From UHGV virus genome UHGV-0210061: a stretch of DNA of 34,719 nucleotides. The stretch is one strand, 5' to 3'. Source of the DNA: a virus. The notes under the pieces are model-generated. The model had not been told where the DNA came from, did not search any database, and saw only the letters and a program-made list of their open reading frames with translations. Below, piece by piece: positions 34,562 through 34,719 of this stretch (positions are counted from its first letter, which is position 1; each line of letters begins with the position of its first letter). The position numbers were made by a program, and so were the translations under genes.

Positions 34562-34719
34562 TTAGTTTTCTCCTTTGATTTCACTACATTTTTATAAGAG
34601 ACCACAGCGCATCCCAGACCACAGAGCCAACACGAAAGGCGAGATAGCCCATCGGGATCCAGAACAACAGCGAGCAAAGCGCACAACAGATCACAAGGTT
34701 TCGCCAGAACCGGCGGTAA

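Larger units (their letters stand above)
1..34719. mobile_element. P2-like (Peduovirus-type) temperate phage genome, apparently complete and circularly permuted within the window
   Basis: Near-complete P2 gene set in P2 synteny (Q P O N M L X Y K lysB/C R S V W J I H ... FI FII E T U D ogr int C cox ... A) plus an internal cos (GGCGAGGCGGGGG) and internal int-att. Dam at the left edge and gene A at the right edge are contiguous only if the ends are joined. Confidence 0.85.

Noticed and set aside
1-34719. CRISPR arrays, rRNA/tRNA genes, IS elements
   Set aside because: No regularly spaced direct repeats, no transposase-like ORF and no terminal inverted repeats were seen; all long ORFs are accounted for by phage genes.

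Overview
The window reads as a complete P2-like (Peduovirus-type) temperate phage genome of about 34.7 kb in a circular permutation, with no recognisable host flanks. Reading with the window wrapped at its ends, the order is: early/lysogeny module (dam, DnaQ-like exonuclease, four small ORFs, cox on the minus strand; divergent C repressor and tyrosine integrase on the plus strand), then an att-like region with Int arm-type repeats. A self-contained, lower-GC two-gene cargo operon follows (zinc-ribbon membrane protein plus a secreted CYD-repeat protein), then ogr and D on the minus strand. The tail operon FI-FII-E(+E' frameshift)-T-U is on the plus strand, which is inverted relative to canonical P2. 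The long minus-strand late block runs: an HxH-tip tail fibre, a small ORF, a beta-helix tailspike, I, J, W, V, S, R, LysC/LysB, SAR-type endolysin K, holin Y, X, L, M, N, O. Then come P and Q on the plus strand, a P2-like cos site, a very AT-rich ATPase + HNH nuclease pair (Septu/PtuAB-like) at the position P2 uses for old/tin, and replication gene A. Two Ogr-type late-promoter dyads (TGT-N12-ACA) were found by eye in the D/FI and O/P divergent regions. All homology calls are from reading motifs and remembered P2 protein sequences; no database search was possible.
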